A stretch of DNA of 64,000 nt from Methanothermococcus sp. Ax23 (GTDB lineage Archaea > AGJL01 > Methanococci > Methanococcales > Methanococcaceae), in the NCBI RefSeq assembly GCF_049075655.1, contig NZ_CP157522.1:1312001-1376000 (forward strand). The letters are read 5' to 3'. The position numbers were made by a program, and so were the translations under genes. Numbering within the stretch: position 1 is the stretch's first letter; every line of letters starts with the position of its first letter. The notes under the pieces are model-generated. The model saw nothing but the letters and a program-made list of their open reading frames with translations, was not told the origin of the DNA and did not search any database. Shown here in pieces: positions 11,194-21,865 of the stretch.

Positions 11194-12024
11194 TTATTTT
11201 ATTGGAATCAAACGCCAAATATAATTTGAAATCTTTTTAGTTAATTCATTAAGGATATTATCAATGTTTTTATTTTCAAATATTTGGTTAAAATTTTCAA
11301 TATTATCAAATTTTACTTCAATATTTTCATTGTTATTAGATGATTTTATTTTTACAACAACAAAATCGTTATTTAAATGTAAATTTATATATCCGTATAT
11401 TTCACTAAGAAGAAAATTAAAACCTTTTTCTACATTATCAACGCCTGTGCTTGAATATAAATCGTAATGAACATTTCTATGGCATTCCCTACATAATGTT
11501 ATTAAATTATCAAAATTATTATTCTTTGAATTTTTATCAATGTGATGTATTTCTAAATAAGAATATCCACACTTATCACATTTATATTGGTTTTCTAAAA
11601 TTAGATTGTCTTTCACATCCTCAGAAACAATCCTAAATTCTGATTCTACATCTTTCTCAATCTCTTCCATAGTCATTTTAGCAAGTTTATAGGATAAAAC
11701 ATATTTTAGTCTCCGTAATACTGCATCTTTTATAAAATCCTCGTCATAAATCAACATATTTTCTGATTTTGAATATATTGTAATAACTAATTTACCCTCT
11801 GAAATTTTTTGAATAGTTGTAAAAAGGAAATTATCGTATTCATCAATCTTATCGGAAATATGGGTCCTATAATGGCATTGTTTGCATAGTATTTTAAAAC
11901 TTCCATTTTTTGAAATGTGTATTTGCAAATATTCATGTTCGCATATATTGCATTTATATCCATCCCTTTCTAAAATTTTTTTTCTAATTCTGGAAGGAAG
12001 TCCTTTATTTTTTACATTGCTCAT
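11194..12024 (-). CDS. Protein with two tandem Zn-binding HNH endonuclease modules
   Basis: RDGYKCNIC...IH...LCKQCH and YKCDKCG...EIHHID...NNNFDNLITLCRECHRNVH. Confidence 0.85.
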   Translation of the reverse strand: MSNVKNKGLPSRIRKKILERDGYKCNICEHEYLQIHISKNGSFKILCKQCHYRTHISDKIDEYDNFLFTTIQKISEGKLVITIYSKSENMLIYDEDFIKDAVLRRLKYVLSYKLAKMTMEEIEKDVESEFRIVSEDVKDNLILENQYKCDKCGYSYLEIHHIDKNSKNNNFDNLITLCRECHRNVHYDLYSSTGVDNVEKGFNFLLSEIYGYINLHLNNDFVVVKIKSSNNNENIEVKFDNIENFNQIFENKNIDNILNELTKKISNYIWRLIPIK

Positions 12025-12049
12025 GATACCCCATATTCTAAATTATTAT

Positions 12050-12835
12050 TTAAACTAGTTTAAAATCCTTTGTTATATATGCTAATGTTATCAATATTAT
12101 TTCAAACAGCCCCATCATTAATAAATATTTCAACTCAGGATTTTCTATGTTTCCAAGTATTTTTAAATCTCCATTATATCCCCGTGAGCTCATAGTTATA
12201 AATAATGTTTCTCCCCTATCCCATGTTCTTATAAACAGATTTGATGCAAGTAGTCCAAGTGATTTATAAGTTGTTTTTAAATTTCTATATCCTAATCTAG
12301 TTTTTTGGGCATTCTCCGTTCTAATCATTTCCTCCAATAAAACAAACACATATCTATACATCATCATAGCAATATCCAACATGGCATTTGGAACCCTCAT
12401 CTCCTTCAATACATAAAAGAGCTCAGTCATAGGGGTGGTTAATGTCAAAAATAATGTTGAAGCCACGCCACCAAGCATCCTACTAAATACCAACAATCCG
12501 AGCTCAGCCCCATACCTATACAATGAAATATCAAAACCAAATAAATTTAATGAAAATAATGCATCCCCCTGACCATATATGAATGCCATAAGAATTACTG
12601 TGATTAATCCAAATCCAATCGGAGCTCCCATGAATTTTAAATAAATGTTTTTTGGAACTTTTGCCTTAAACAGTGTTAAATAAACCATTATAGATGCAAT
12701 AATAAGGGGAACAATAACCGATTTAGAAAAAACACAAATCAACAATGTAGATATTGAAAATATTACCTTCAATTTTGGATTTACATGCCTTAATTTGTTG
12801 TAATGTGCTATATTGTCAATAATATTTTGTAGCAA
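12050..12835 (-). CDS. cbiQ: Cobalt ECF transporter T component
   Basis: Hydrophobic; YRYVFVL, RLGY, MSSRGY; likely TTG start after AGGTGA. Confidence 0.92.
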   Translation of the reverse strand: MLQNIIDNIAHYNKLRHVNPKLKVIFSISTLLICVFSKSVIVPLIIASIMVYLTLFKAKVPKNIYLKFMGAPIGFGLITVILMAFIYGQGDALFSLNLFGFDISLYRYGAELGLLVFSRMLGGVASTLFLTLTTPMTELFYVLKEMRVPNAMLDIAMMMYRYVFVLLEEMIRTENAQKTRLGYRNLKTTYKSLGLLASNLFIRTWDRGETLFITMSSRGYNGDLKILGNIENPELKYLLMMGLFEIILITLAYITKDFKLV

Positions 12836-12910
12836 AACCTTCACCTGTAAATTTTAAATTTTAATAATGGTAAAACAAATATAAAAAAGAAATAATTAAA
12901 AAAATAATTA

Positions 12911-13839
12911 TAGTGTGGGTCATATTACACCCTAACCTCTAAGACTTTCATATAAGGATAACCTCTGGTAATTAGATTATATAATGCTAAAACCTGTGCA
13001 GAAGCCACTGCACAGAAGCAGAATATTTTTTTACGAACATAACCCTTAACATTTGTCCAATACTTATTCATAAATCTATTCTTTAATATCGAATTGGTAT
13101 GTTCTATTTTAACTCTTATCTTAGAGACTTCTTTCGGAAGTTTCTTTTTGTTTTTCTTACCTAATCTCCGTGGATTATGGGCAGTTATTAGTTCGTTTTG
13201 GTATAACTCCTTAGCTTTTTTTTAAATCTTTTGAATCATAGCCCGCATCTGCGCAGGATTTTTTGGTAGATACTAACAATTTATCAGCCACTTTAACGTC
13301 ATGAGTATTTGCCGCGGTAAATTCTGCTCTCAATGGTATTCCTCGCTTATCCACTGCTAAGTGTAATTTAAAGCCTTTGAATATCCCTTCACTATTGTAT
13401 CCTATTTTTCCATCTTTGTCCATTTCATCCCTTATTGGAGTACTATCATATATTGACCATTCAGGATTATTCAGTTCAATATATTTATCACCTAATAAAG
13501 TAATTATTGCATGCAATTCTTCATCAAGGGATTTTTTCCATCTATCGATGGTTCTCCTACCAGGACAAGATTTAAATCCCAATGTTTTTAAAATCTGAGG
13601 ATTATTTTGTAAGTGTAATACTAACGCTCTATTTGAGTGTATGCCTTTTAAAAAGGCATACACTAATAGTTTAAGCCTCAACTCTAAATTATATCCTTTC
13701 CTCCCTACCTTTCTTCGTTTAGGGATTCTATTAATTAAATCTGATGTAATTATCTTATTTACCACTTCCTCAGCCTTCATAATATCGTCTTTTTTATAAT
13801 ATTATATTTAGTATAGGTTATATATTTTGACCCATACTA
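12911..13839 (-). mobile_element. IS element, DDE_Tnp_1/IS5-like, 929 bp
   Basis: TIRs TAGTGTGGGTCA / TGACCCATACTA; 9 bp TSD AAATAATTA (12902-12910 and 13840-13848). Confidence 0.92.
12925..13780 (-). CDS. DDE transposase split by a -1 frameshift (programmed or pseudogene)
   Basis: DSTP, GFKLH and ADAGYD in frame 0; RVKIEHTNSILK (catalytic E) in the -1 frame after the A8 tract at 13216-13223; stop at 12925. Confidence 0.85.
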
Positions 13840-13850
13840 AAATAATTATA

Positions 13851-14144
13851 TTATGCAGAATATACTTTTCTAGCTTTGAAGTAGCCTATATAGTATCCAA
13901 TAATTATAGCACCAATTGCAGCCTGTAATGCGAACAATAAACTTTCAATTTCCCCACTTGGTGGTTCCCATATTGGATGGAACCATGGATGATAGTTAGG
14001 ATTCATCTCTTCAATTGCTTCTCCTCCCGCATCATCTGAACCTCCAAAATAACCATCATGCTCACCATGTCCCGCATACATTACAAGGGGTGCCACTGTT
14101 AAAATAATTACACCCAATATCATTGCTATGTGTTTTCCTTCCAT
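13851..14144 (-). CDS. cbiN: Cobalt transport protein CbiN
   Basis: FGGSDD, WEPPSGEIESLLFALQAAIGA. Confidence 0.95.
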   Translation of the reverse strand: MEGKHIAMILGVIILTVAPLVMYAGHGEHDGYFGGSDDAGGEAIEEMNPNYHPWFHPIWEPPSGEIESLLFALQAAIGAIIIGYYIGYFKARKVYSA

Positions 14145-14842
14145 TATTCAGCACCTCCACTTGGTACTGCTGAGTAATTAGGAACTTCGCTTTCATCGAT
14201 TACTCCTAATTTCAAAAGTATATCAGGTCTTAATTCTTTAATTTTATCCCACAACAATGCTGTTAATAAACCTTCTGCTATTGCAAGTGGAACTTGTGTG
14301 ACTGCATATATTCCTAAAAATACCGTCAATGTGTGTATTGGGTCTGAACCTGGAAATGCCAGTGTAAGTTGAACTGCTGTGGTAATGTAAGTTACCCAGT
14401 CTGCAATAATTGCCACTATCATTACAACCCATGTTGAGTTCATTTTTCCCTTTAAAGCTTTCCATACTAACCATCCTGCAAATGGACCCATTATACCCAT
14501 TGAGAATATATTGGCTCCAAGTGTGGTTATACCACCATGTGCTAACAATGTAGCTTGGAATATTAAAACAATAGTTGCTAACACTGAAGTAACTGCTGGA
14601 CCAAATAAAACTGCACCAAATCCATTTCCGCAAGGGTGGGAACAGCTTCCCGTTACAGAAGGCATTTTTAAGGAACTCAGTATAAACATAAATGCCCCCG
14701 CAACTGCTATCAATGGTTTTGCCTCTGGATTTTCTTTAAATATTTTATTCAATTGCATAATACCATATGCCACTACTGTACCAGATATTACAAACCAAAT
14801 TCCACACCACATTGGTGGTAGGAACCCTTCCATTATGTGCAA
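14144..14842 (-). CDS. cbiM: Cobalt ECF transporter S component
   Basis: N-terminal MHIMEGFLP, GSCSHP, AHGGITTLGAN. Confidence 0.96.
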   Translation of the reverse strand: MHIMEGFLPPMWCGIWFVISGTVVAYGIMQLNKIFKENPEAKPLIAVAGAFMFILSSLKMPSVTGSCSHPCGNGFGAVLFGPAVTSVLATIVLIFQATLLAHGGITTLGANIFSMGIMGPFAGWLVWKALKGKMNSTWVVMIVAIIADWVTYITTAVQLTLAFPGSDPIHTLTVFLGIYAVTQVPLAIAEGLLTALLWDKIKELRPDILLKLGVIDESEVPNYSAVPSGGAE

Positions 14843-15016
14843 GATATCACCTCACGGCATATATAAAATCCATATGTTATTAAAGTATAGTTAAAAAATA
14901 TACATTTTCCTTTAATTAATCTAATATATAAATTTAACTATTTTTTATTGATGTTAAAATTATGTTTATATGTATTATTAAATAATTTAAGTATATCAAA
15001 ATAAAACTGTGAGAAC

Positions 15017-15790
15017 ATGAATAGGAAATTGGCAAAATATTATGATAACCTGGCAAAAGAATATAATAAGCTGTATTATGGGAGTAAATTGAAGTGGATG
15101 AGAGAAATAGAAAATATAGTGATGGAAAATGAAATTAAAAGGGATTATTTAGTTCTTGATATTGGATGCGGAACAGGTGAGCAGTTGCAAAAATTGAATA
15201 ATAATCCTGCCATAGGTCTCGATATATCCATAGAAATGGCAAAAATAGCACACAGTAAAACAAATAAATTCGTTGTAGTGGGGGATGCCGAAAACCTCCC
15301 ATTTAAAAGTAAAACCTTTGACTGTGTAATATCATTTTTCGGAGCTCTGAATCATGTGCAATTGAACCGAGCTCTGAAAGAGATAAGACGAGTTTTAAAA
15401 GATGATGGGATTTTAATATTTACCGTTGCAAATGTCTATGATATAAGATGGATACTTAAAACCCTAAGGCGAAAAGGAATAAAAAGCACAAAAAAAGCTG
15501 TTAAAAATAAAAAAGGGGAGATTGTAAAGTTCATAGATGGAAAAAGAATAAAGGTAAAAACAAAATTTTATGATTTAAATGATATTGAAAATGCACTGAA
15601 TAAGTATGATTTTCATATAAACTACACATTTGGAACAAATATTACAAATTCATTTATAGACAAATTCATTTATAAAAGCTTTTTAAAGAACTTTGGATGC
15701 TATATCGGAGTTGTTGCAAAGAAAATTAATTTAACTGACAGTGTGATTATGATATTCCTTTCTTTATTAGTTCTTTACCACACTTTTTAA
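15017..15790 (+). CDS. Class I SAM-dependent methyltransferase; C-terminus replaced by IS sequence
   Basis: VLDIGCGTG, GDAENLPF; IS begins at 15735; the empty site would end KKINLS*. Confidence 0.9.
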   Translation: MNRKLAKYYDNLAKEYNKLYYGSKLKWMREIENIVMENEIKRDYLVLDIGCGTGEQLQKLNNNPAIGLDISIEMAKIAHSKTNKFVVVGDAENLPFKSKTFDCVISFFGALNHVQLNRALKEIRRVLKDDGILIFTVANVYDIRWILKTLRRKGIKSTKKAVKNKKGEIVKFIDGKRIKVKTKFYDLNDIENALNKYDFHINYTFGTNITNSFIDKFIYKSFLKNFGCYIGVVAKKINLTDSVIMIFLSLLVLYHTF

Positions 15791-16889
15791 CGATTTCATA
15801 AAACGATAATCCATAGTTGTAGCTTAAGTATTCGATGCAGTTTGATACTACCGCCATAAATCTAATGAATCCAATATTACTCTTTTCAGAAGTTATGTAA
15901 TTCCCTTCAACTTCTAAAATCGATTTATCCCTTTTATGTTTTTCTTCTATCTTTGGTCTCTTCATATACTCGATTATAATGTTCTCCGCCTTCTTTTTAT
16001 AGTTTGTAGAGACTAAATACTTAGGTTTTTTCTGATTTTCCATTTGCACAGCAACGATTTTAACCTTGCCAACATTTGGAATATTCACAATCCTATCGGA
16101 TAATTTGAACTCTATTCCATTAATCGTCCTTAATTTGAACTTTCTTTTTTGAAAATCCTTTTCGAACAATTCTTCCACTTTAACCTTCTTACTGAAAAAC
16201 TCGATTATAATGTTTTTCCTAAGTTTGCCAATGTATTCGATTCCCAATCCCTTACATCCCTTTAGAATTTTCTTTGTTGTGATAAAACTGTCCCCTATAA
16301 CCGTCCTGATGTTAGTTTGAGATAAAAATTCAATGATTTCAATAAATATGTTTGTGGATTTTTTGTCGAGTGGTTTTATCGTAGTGTGAATAGTATAAAG
16401 CCCTTTTTTTTGTGATAGATACAGCAGTTTATTTGCTCTTGATATAGTTTGCTATGATTTTCGATGTAATTGTATCTAATACTACAACCATAAATATTTT
16501 CACTCCATCTTCTTAATAATGTTGAATCGATTATTGCAGCGTATTTAAATCTATTGTCATTCAAAATGTCGGGAAGGTTTAATAATTGAGCGTATAAGTA
16601 AAACTCTTCTTCGAAGAGTTTTTGCAAGTTTTTAACGATAGTTGTTCTGTGGATTTTTGAAATACTTTCTGAAAATGCTTTAATAGTTTTTATCGGCGTT
16701 AACGTTCTAACCAATGCAAACTTAGATAATTCTTCCGAACAGTTAAATCCTAAACTATTTATAGAATTAGTGAGCATATTACTTAATGTCTTTAGCATGC
16801 TGAATTCACCGTTTTTTAATGAGATATTTAACTACTACCTATTTCTATTTTTTGATTTTAAAGATGGTATTGTTAATTCACACTGTCAG
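15735..16889 (-). mobile_element. IS element, IS701/ISH3-like DDE, 1155 bp
   Basis: Perfect 12 bp TIR CTGACAGTGTGA / TCACACTGTCAG; 7 bp TSD AATTTAA (15728-15734 and 16890-16896). Confidence 0.92.
15747..16798 (-). CDS. DDE transposase split by a -1 frameshift (programmed or pseudogene)
   Basis: IIDST in frame 0; VIGDSF and YMKRPKIEE in the -1 frame after A_AAA_AAG (T8 tract at 16404-16411). Confidence 0.85.
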
Positions 16890-16990
16890 AATTTAAGTTA
16901 ATGTTTTTGTATTTGGTTCTTTATGGTTATTTGGAGTAAGTTAAACATCCACAAAATAAAATTAAAAGTAAAAAAATAGAAAAAAAGTTT

Positions 16991-17497
16991 TTATTTTTTC
17001 GTCATTCTTAACGTTATTAATGGAATTGCTATTAATGTTAATATTATTGCTCCTAAAGGGGTTGGGGATTTTGTTATTTGTGTTGGGGTTGGTGTATCTG
17101 GTGCATTATATTTTATAATTAATGTCATGTTAAGAGTACTAGGATAATGTGGATAAACAGTACCGTACCTAAAGGTTATCTTACCATTCTTTAGTACTCT
17201 ATTTTTATCTAAGTTATAGGTATTTATCTTATTTATAGGATCACCTATTCCCCCTATTAAAAAATTATAATCCCAGGAATCAGGATAATAAAACATTATT
17301 ATATCAGTACAATATGCCTTTAATGTTATACTTGTTATATTACTTGAATTTATATTTGGTGGTATATTGTAAGAAAATGAATATACCGCCGAATCAGTAA
17401 TCTGTTCGGATGTTGAATAAATCAGTGTCTTTTCTTCCCCATAAACTACTCCACTTAAAAGAAAAATACATAAGAAAGTAAAAAATAATCTTTTCAT
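16991..17497 (-). CDS. Secreted/surface protein with PIP-CTERM-like archaeosortase signal
   Basis: Signal peptide MKRLFF...VVYG; Thr/Pro linker, TKSPTP, TM helix and basic tail RMTKK. Confidence 0.7.
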   Translation of the reverse strand: MKRLFFTFLCIFLLSGVVYGEEKTLIYSTSEQITDSAVYSFSYNIPPNINSSNITSITLKAYCTDIIMFYYPDSWDYNFLIGGIGDPINKINTYNLDKNRVLKNGKITFRYGTVYPHYPSTLNMTLIIKYNAPDTPTPTQITKSPTPLGAIILTLIAIPLITLRMTKK

Positions 17498-17550
17498 AAT
17501 TTCACCATTTTTAATATCATACATGAAAAAAACATTATCCAAAAACCATA

Positions 17551-17574
17551 TATTTATTTATTTATTTATTTATT
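17551..17574. repeat. (TATT)6 microsatellite
   Basis: Read directly; lies about 55 bp upstream of the surface protein start. Confidence 0.7.
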
Positions 17575-17709
17575 TTACAACTTTGAATATTTAAATTAAT
17601 AAATAAAATTTTCAAAAATTAAACTTTTAGCATTCATTTTTATCATAAAATAAACCCATAACTCATACATTTCATATATAATTTAAAAAGAAAAACAATA
17701 TAAAAATAA

Positions 17710-18963
17710 TTATTCGTTTGTAATATATCCTTTAACAGCACTCTTTGCCGCAATTGCTGGGGATGCTAAATATATTTCAGCATTTACATTGCCCATTCTT
17801 CCTTTAAAGTTTCTGTTTGTTGTAGCTAAACATACTTCACCATCTGCAAGAACTCCCTGGTGAGCTCCTAAACATGGACCACATCCCGGTGTGCATATGA
17901 GAGCTCCGGCATCAACAAAAATATCAATCAAACCTTCATTCAATGCCTGTTTAAATATTGATTTTGATGCAGGAATTACAATCAGTCTTACGTCTTTATG
18001 AACCTTTTTTCCCTTCAAATACTTTGCCGCAATTCTTAAATCATTTAATCTTCCATTTGTGCAGGAGCCAATAAACACCTGGTCGATATGTGTTCCATTT
18101 ACTTCTGAAACTGGTTTAACATTATCTGGATGGTGCGGGCAGGCAATCTGCTCTTCCATATCGGTTATATCTATATCTATTACCTTATAATAATCCTCTT
18201 CTTTTTCATTTACTGTAATTCTGTTCTGTTTTAAATTCAATAGTTCCTTTTCACTAATTCTATTTTTTAGGTAGCTATATGTTGTTTCATCTGCCTCGAT
18301 TAGCCCGGCCTTTCCACCCATCTCAATAGCCATGTTGCTTAAAACCATCCTGTCTTCCATATCTAAATTTTTAATGGCTTCTCCACCGTATTCAAGAGCC
18401 ATGTATGTGGCTCCTCTTCTTCCAACCTCTTTACAGATTCTTAAAATAATGTCCTTTCCGGTGATTTTCTCATTTTTTCCATTTACATTTACTCTAATTG
18501 TTTTTGGAACCTTCATCCATGTTTTTCCTGTTGCAAATATATACCCCATATCTGTTGCTCCAAATCCTGTGGAAAATGCCCCAAATGCTCCATAAGTGCA
18601 TGTATGACTATCTCCTCCTGCGATTACCATGTTTGGCTTTACATGTCCTTTTTCAGGAAGAACCTGATGGCAAACTCCTTCGCCTTCAAAATAATAATGT
18701 TTTATATTCTGCTCTTTTATAAATTCTCTTGTTATTTTCTGCATGTTTGCAGCTTTTGATGTGTTTGCTGGAACATTGTGGTCAAAAACTATCACTATTT
18801 TTTCGTTATCCCAGACTTTATCTGTTATCTGTCTAAATGCCTTTGCTGATAATGGTGTTGTTCCATCATGTGTCATAGCTAAATCGATGCCTACTTCTAT
18901 TGTATCTCCTGCATAAACTTTTTTTCCTAATTTTTTTGATAAAATTTCCTCTGCTAATGTCAT
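17710..18963 (-). CDS. hacA: Homoaconitase large subunit (AksD/HacA)
   Basis: HDGTTPL, DSHTCT, GSCTNGR, PGCGPCLG, TTNRNF; methanogen homoaconitase-type N-terminus. Confidence 0.85.
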   Translation of the reverse strand: MTLAEEILSKKLGKKVYAGDTIEVGIDLAMTHDGTTPLSAKAFRQITDKVWDNEKIVIVFDHNVPANTSKAANMQKITREFIKEQNIKHYYFEGEGVCHQVLPEKGHVKPNMVIAGGDSHTCTYGAFGAFSTGFGATDMGYIFATGKTWMKVPKTIRVNVNGKNEKITGKDIILRICKEVGRRGATYMALEYGGEAIKNLDMEDRMVLSNMAIEMGGKAGLIEADETTYSYLKNRISEKELLNLKQNRITVNEKEEDYYKVIDIDITDMEEQIACPHHPDNVKPVSEVNGTHIDQVFIGSCTNGRLNDLRIAAKYLKGKKVHKDVRLIVIPASKSIFKQALNEGLIDIFVDAGALICTPGCGPCLGAHQGVLADGEVCLATTNRNFKGRMGNVNAEIYLASPAIAAKSAVKGYITNE

Positions 18964-19090
18964 ATTTTTCCTCTGTTTTAAATTTACTAATAATACAAAT
19001 CATCAATAAAAAAGCATAATGAATCATAGCAAAATAAGACAACAATATATAAAAATATTATTTATAAATTTTTGTAAAAATTAGTATAAT

Positions 19091-20062
19091 TTAGTATATA
19101 TATGAATTTTCATCATCTAATCTATTTGGATTTATTTCAACAAGTATTTCTCCATCTTTAAATACTCTAACTATTCCACCACTTTCAGAAACTGTAATGG
19201 CTATTGCATCGGTATGTTTTGAGATAGCCGCAGCTGCATAATGCCGAGCTCCGAGACCTAATGGGAGATTCAAATTACCGCCAATACATTCTATGTATCT
19301 TCCAGCAGACTTTACCTCTCCTTTTTCAGTGATTATAAATGCACCATCTATTGTGGAGAGCTCCTTTATTGTTCCTTTAACCTTTTTATCAAATATTATT
19401 GCATTATGGCCCTCAAATGGATTCAATATCAACTGACTTGACATTTTAAGCACTTTTTCAGTATCCCCTATGACAAATATGGTTCCTACGGGTTTCCCTT
19501 CTCTACCTTCCACAGCGAGCTCCATGGCAATATCCAATATTTCATTAATAATCAATCCTTCAATTTTTTTTATGGAGTTTATAAACTGATAAAACTTCAA
19601 TATTGGACTGTAATTATTTACTTCAATTAGGGATATTGTGTCTGTTCCACCAGAGACTTTTGGAAGTCCCAATATAGCTACTATTAAATCCCCTTTTTTT
19701 ATAAGGTTATTTTCAAATAATTTTATGATTGCCTGTTTTGTCATTGTGGTTTTGTATTTATTCCGATAATTCATCAATATAGGTATTATCCTTTTTTCAT
19801 TTTTAAGATTAAAGTAGGTATCTTCATTTGGCGTAGATACTATTATTTTTAAATCACTCCCAGTGAAGTCTTTTTTACAATTTTCTCCATTATGTGTATT
19901 ACTATTAGATTCAATTCCTGCCTGAGAATCCTCAATGGATTCTAAATATTCTTTAAATATATTGTATGTTTTACCTGTTTCTGTAAATATCAAAAATATA
20001 TCTGCATTTACATCGATAGCTAATTTATATCCATATTTTAAAATTGATTTAATCCTATCCAT
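19091..20062 (-). CDS. dacZ: Diadenylate cyclase DacZ
   Basis: Pyruvate-kinase-C-like N-terminus plus DisA_N domain: EGREGKPVGT, DGA, GLGARHYAAA, VSES. Confidence 0.88.
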   Translation of the reverse strand: MDRIKSILKYGYKLAIDVNADIFLIFTETGKTYNIFKEYLESIEDSQAGIESNSNTHNGENCKKDFTGSDLKIIVSTPNEDTYFNLKNEKRIIPILMNYRNKYKTTMTKQAIIKLFENNLIKKGDLIVAILGLPKVSGGTDTISLIEVNNYSPILKFYQFINSIKKIEGLIINEILDIAMELAVEGREGKPVGTIFVIGDTEKVLKMSSQLILNPFEGHNAIIFDKKVKGTIKELSTIDGAFIITEKGEVKSAGRYIECIGGNLNLPLGLGARHYAAAAISKHTDAIAITVSESGGIVRVFKDGEILVEINPNRLDDENSYIY

Positions 20063-20131
20063 CGAGCCACCAATTATATTAATAATTTAGTAATTGATAA
20101 TTTAATAATTTTTATTATTATTTTTATTTTA

Positions 20132-21502
20132 TTATAAATCCTCCACAAGAGAAGAAGCGAAATAAGGATTACCTACACAATGTTGATGGGCATAACCTCC
20201 AAGAACTCTTCCATCGTTGGATAGTATGCCATCCATATTATTTATTATACCTCTTCCCCTATTTATTTTATATGCAAATAATTTTTCTTTTATGTTTATT
20301 AACTTTGAATAATGGAATTCATGGGCTTTAAATTCACATTCTTTTTTTCCAGTTGGACAGTTATGCATGAATGTTCCCCTAACATAACTTAACCCCTGAA
20401 CATTCTCAGTCATTATGGAATCACAATTTAATACTTTTAACATTTCAATGCCATTTATGGAATTGGTTAAATACATCAATCCTCCGCATTCTCCGTAGAT
20501 TTTACCATCGAAGTTTCTTATTGATTCAATCATTGATTTGTTTTTATTCAATTCATTTGCAAAAATTTCTGGATAGCCTCCCCCAAAATAAAGAACATCA
20601 CAATTGGGAATGCATTCATCATTCAATGGGCTGAAAAATTTAAGTTTTGCTCCATTTTCTTCCAACGCATCGAAGTTATCCCAATAATAAAAATTAAATA
20701 CTTCGTCATATGCTACCCCAATGGTGCATTTATTTTTATGTATATTCCAGAGTGTGCGGTTTTCATCATCGATACTTTCAATGGCTTCATTATCATTATT
20801 AAACTCATTATTTTCACTTATTTCGACGATTTTATCCAAATCAAGATATTCTTCAACGACATGCCCCCACATGTCTATATTTTTATTAAGATTATCCCTA
20901 TTTTCAGGCGTTGGAACAAGCCCTAAGTGTCTCTGAGATACTTCAAGCTTTTCATCTCTTGGGATTGCTCCAATTATTTCTATATCTGGAACATAGTAAT
21001 TTACAGCATCCTTTAATTTTTTGTAGTGCTTTTCCCCTCTTATTTTGTTAAATATAACTCCCTGAATATCCACATTTTCATCAAAACTTTTAAATCCTTT
21101 TATGACTGCGGCTGCACTTCTAGTTAAACTCCTTGCGTCCATTATTAATATCACAGGAGTATTTAATGATTTTGAAACTGATGCAGTGCTTCCTACATCA
21201 TTATATGGGGATATCCCCTCATACAATCCTCTGACCCCCTCTATGATGCTTATATCTTTATTTTTAGAATTTCTTTTAAACAGTTCTTTAATCTGATAAT
21301 TTTCCATAAAAAATGAATCTAAGTTTCTACTACGGTTTCCTGTGGCTGATGTATGGTATGTGGGGTCAATATAATCAGGACCTATTTTGTAAGGCTGGAT
21401 ATTGTATTTTTTTGAAAGTGCCTTCATTATTCCTGTTGATATGGTGGTCTTTCCGACCATTGAAGAAGTTCCAGCTAACACGACTCTCCTAAGGTTTTTC
21501 AT
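20132..21502 (-). CDS. cfbB: Ni-sirohydrochlorin/cobyrinate a,c-diamide synthase (CfbB/CbiA)
   Basis: [42 protein letters not shown]. Confidence 0.88.
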   Translation of the reverse strand: MKNLRRVVLAGTSSMVGKTTISTGIMKALSKKYNIQPYKIGPDYIDPTYHTSATGNRSRNLDSFFMENYQIKELFKRNSKNKDISIIEGVRGLYEGISPYNDVGSTASVSKSLNTPVILIMDARSLTRSAAAVIKGFKSFDENVDIQGVIFNKIRGEKHYKKLKDAVNYYVPDIEIIGAIPRDEKLEVSQRHLGLVPTPENRDNLNKNIDMWGHVVEEYLDLDKIVEISENNEFNNDNEAIESIDDENRTLWNIHKNKCTIGVAYDEVFNFYYWDNFDALEENGAKLKFFSPLNDECIPNCDVLYFGGGYPEIFANELNKNKSMIESIRNFDGKIYGECGGLMYLTNSINGIEMLKVLNCDSIMTENVQGLSYVRGTFMHNCPTGKKECEFKAHEFHYSKLINIKEKLFAYKINRGRGIINNMDGILSNDGRVLGGYAHQHCVGNPYFASSLVEDL

Positions 21503-21865
21503 AATTTCCCTTTTTGATATTTTTAATATAATACTATCCAAATTTGATAGGTTTTAGTCTCTATTTCTATTAAATGATTTTTATAGTTTATTATTTTTTA
21601 TTCAACGAGATGGTATCACATATTTTTTAGAAATTAAAATTAATTTAAGATTTTAAGATTTTCCAAATAACATTTAATATATATTAAAAATTATATATTA
21701 TACGTGCTGTATTAATCATTATGAATATATTTTATTGTATAGGCTATCTTTTATTATTATATTAACTATCGGAGCTCCAATATAACAAGTAGGATAAAAA
21801 TATTTATTTTCAATGGCACTGAGCTCAGATTGCTATAACAAGATTTTTATAGATATGGTGAAACA

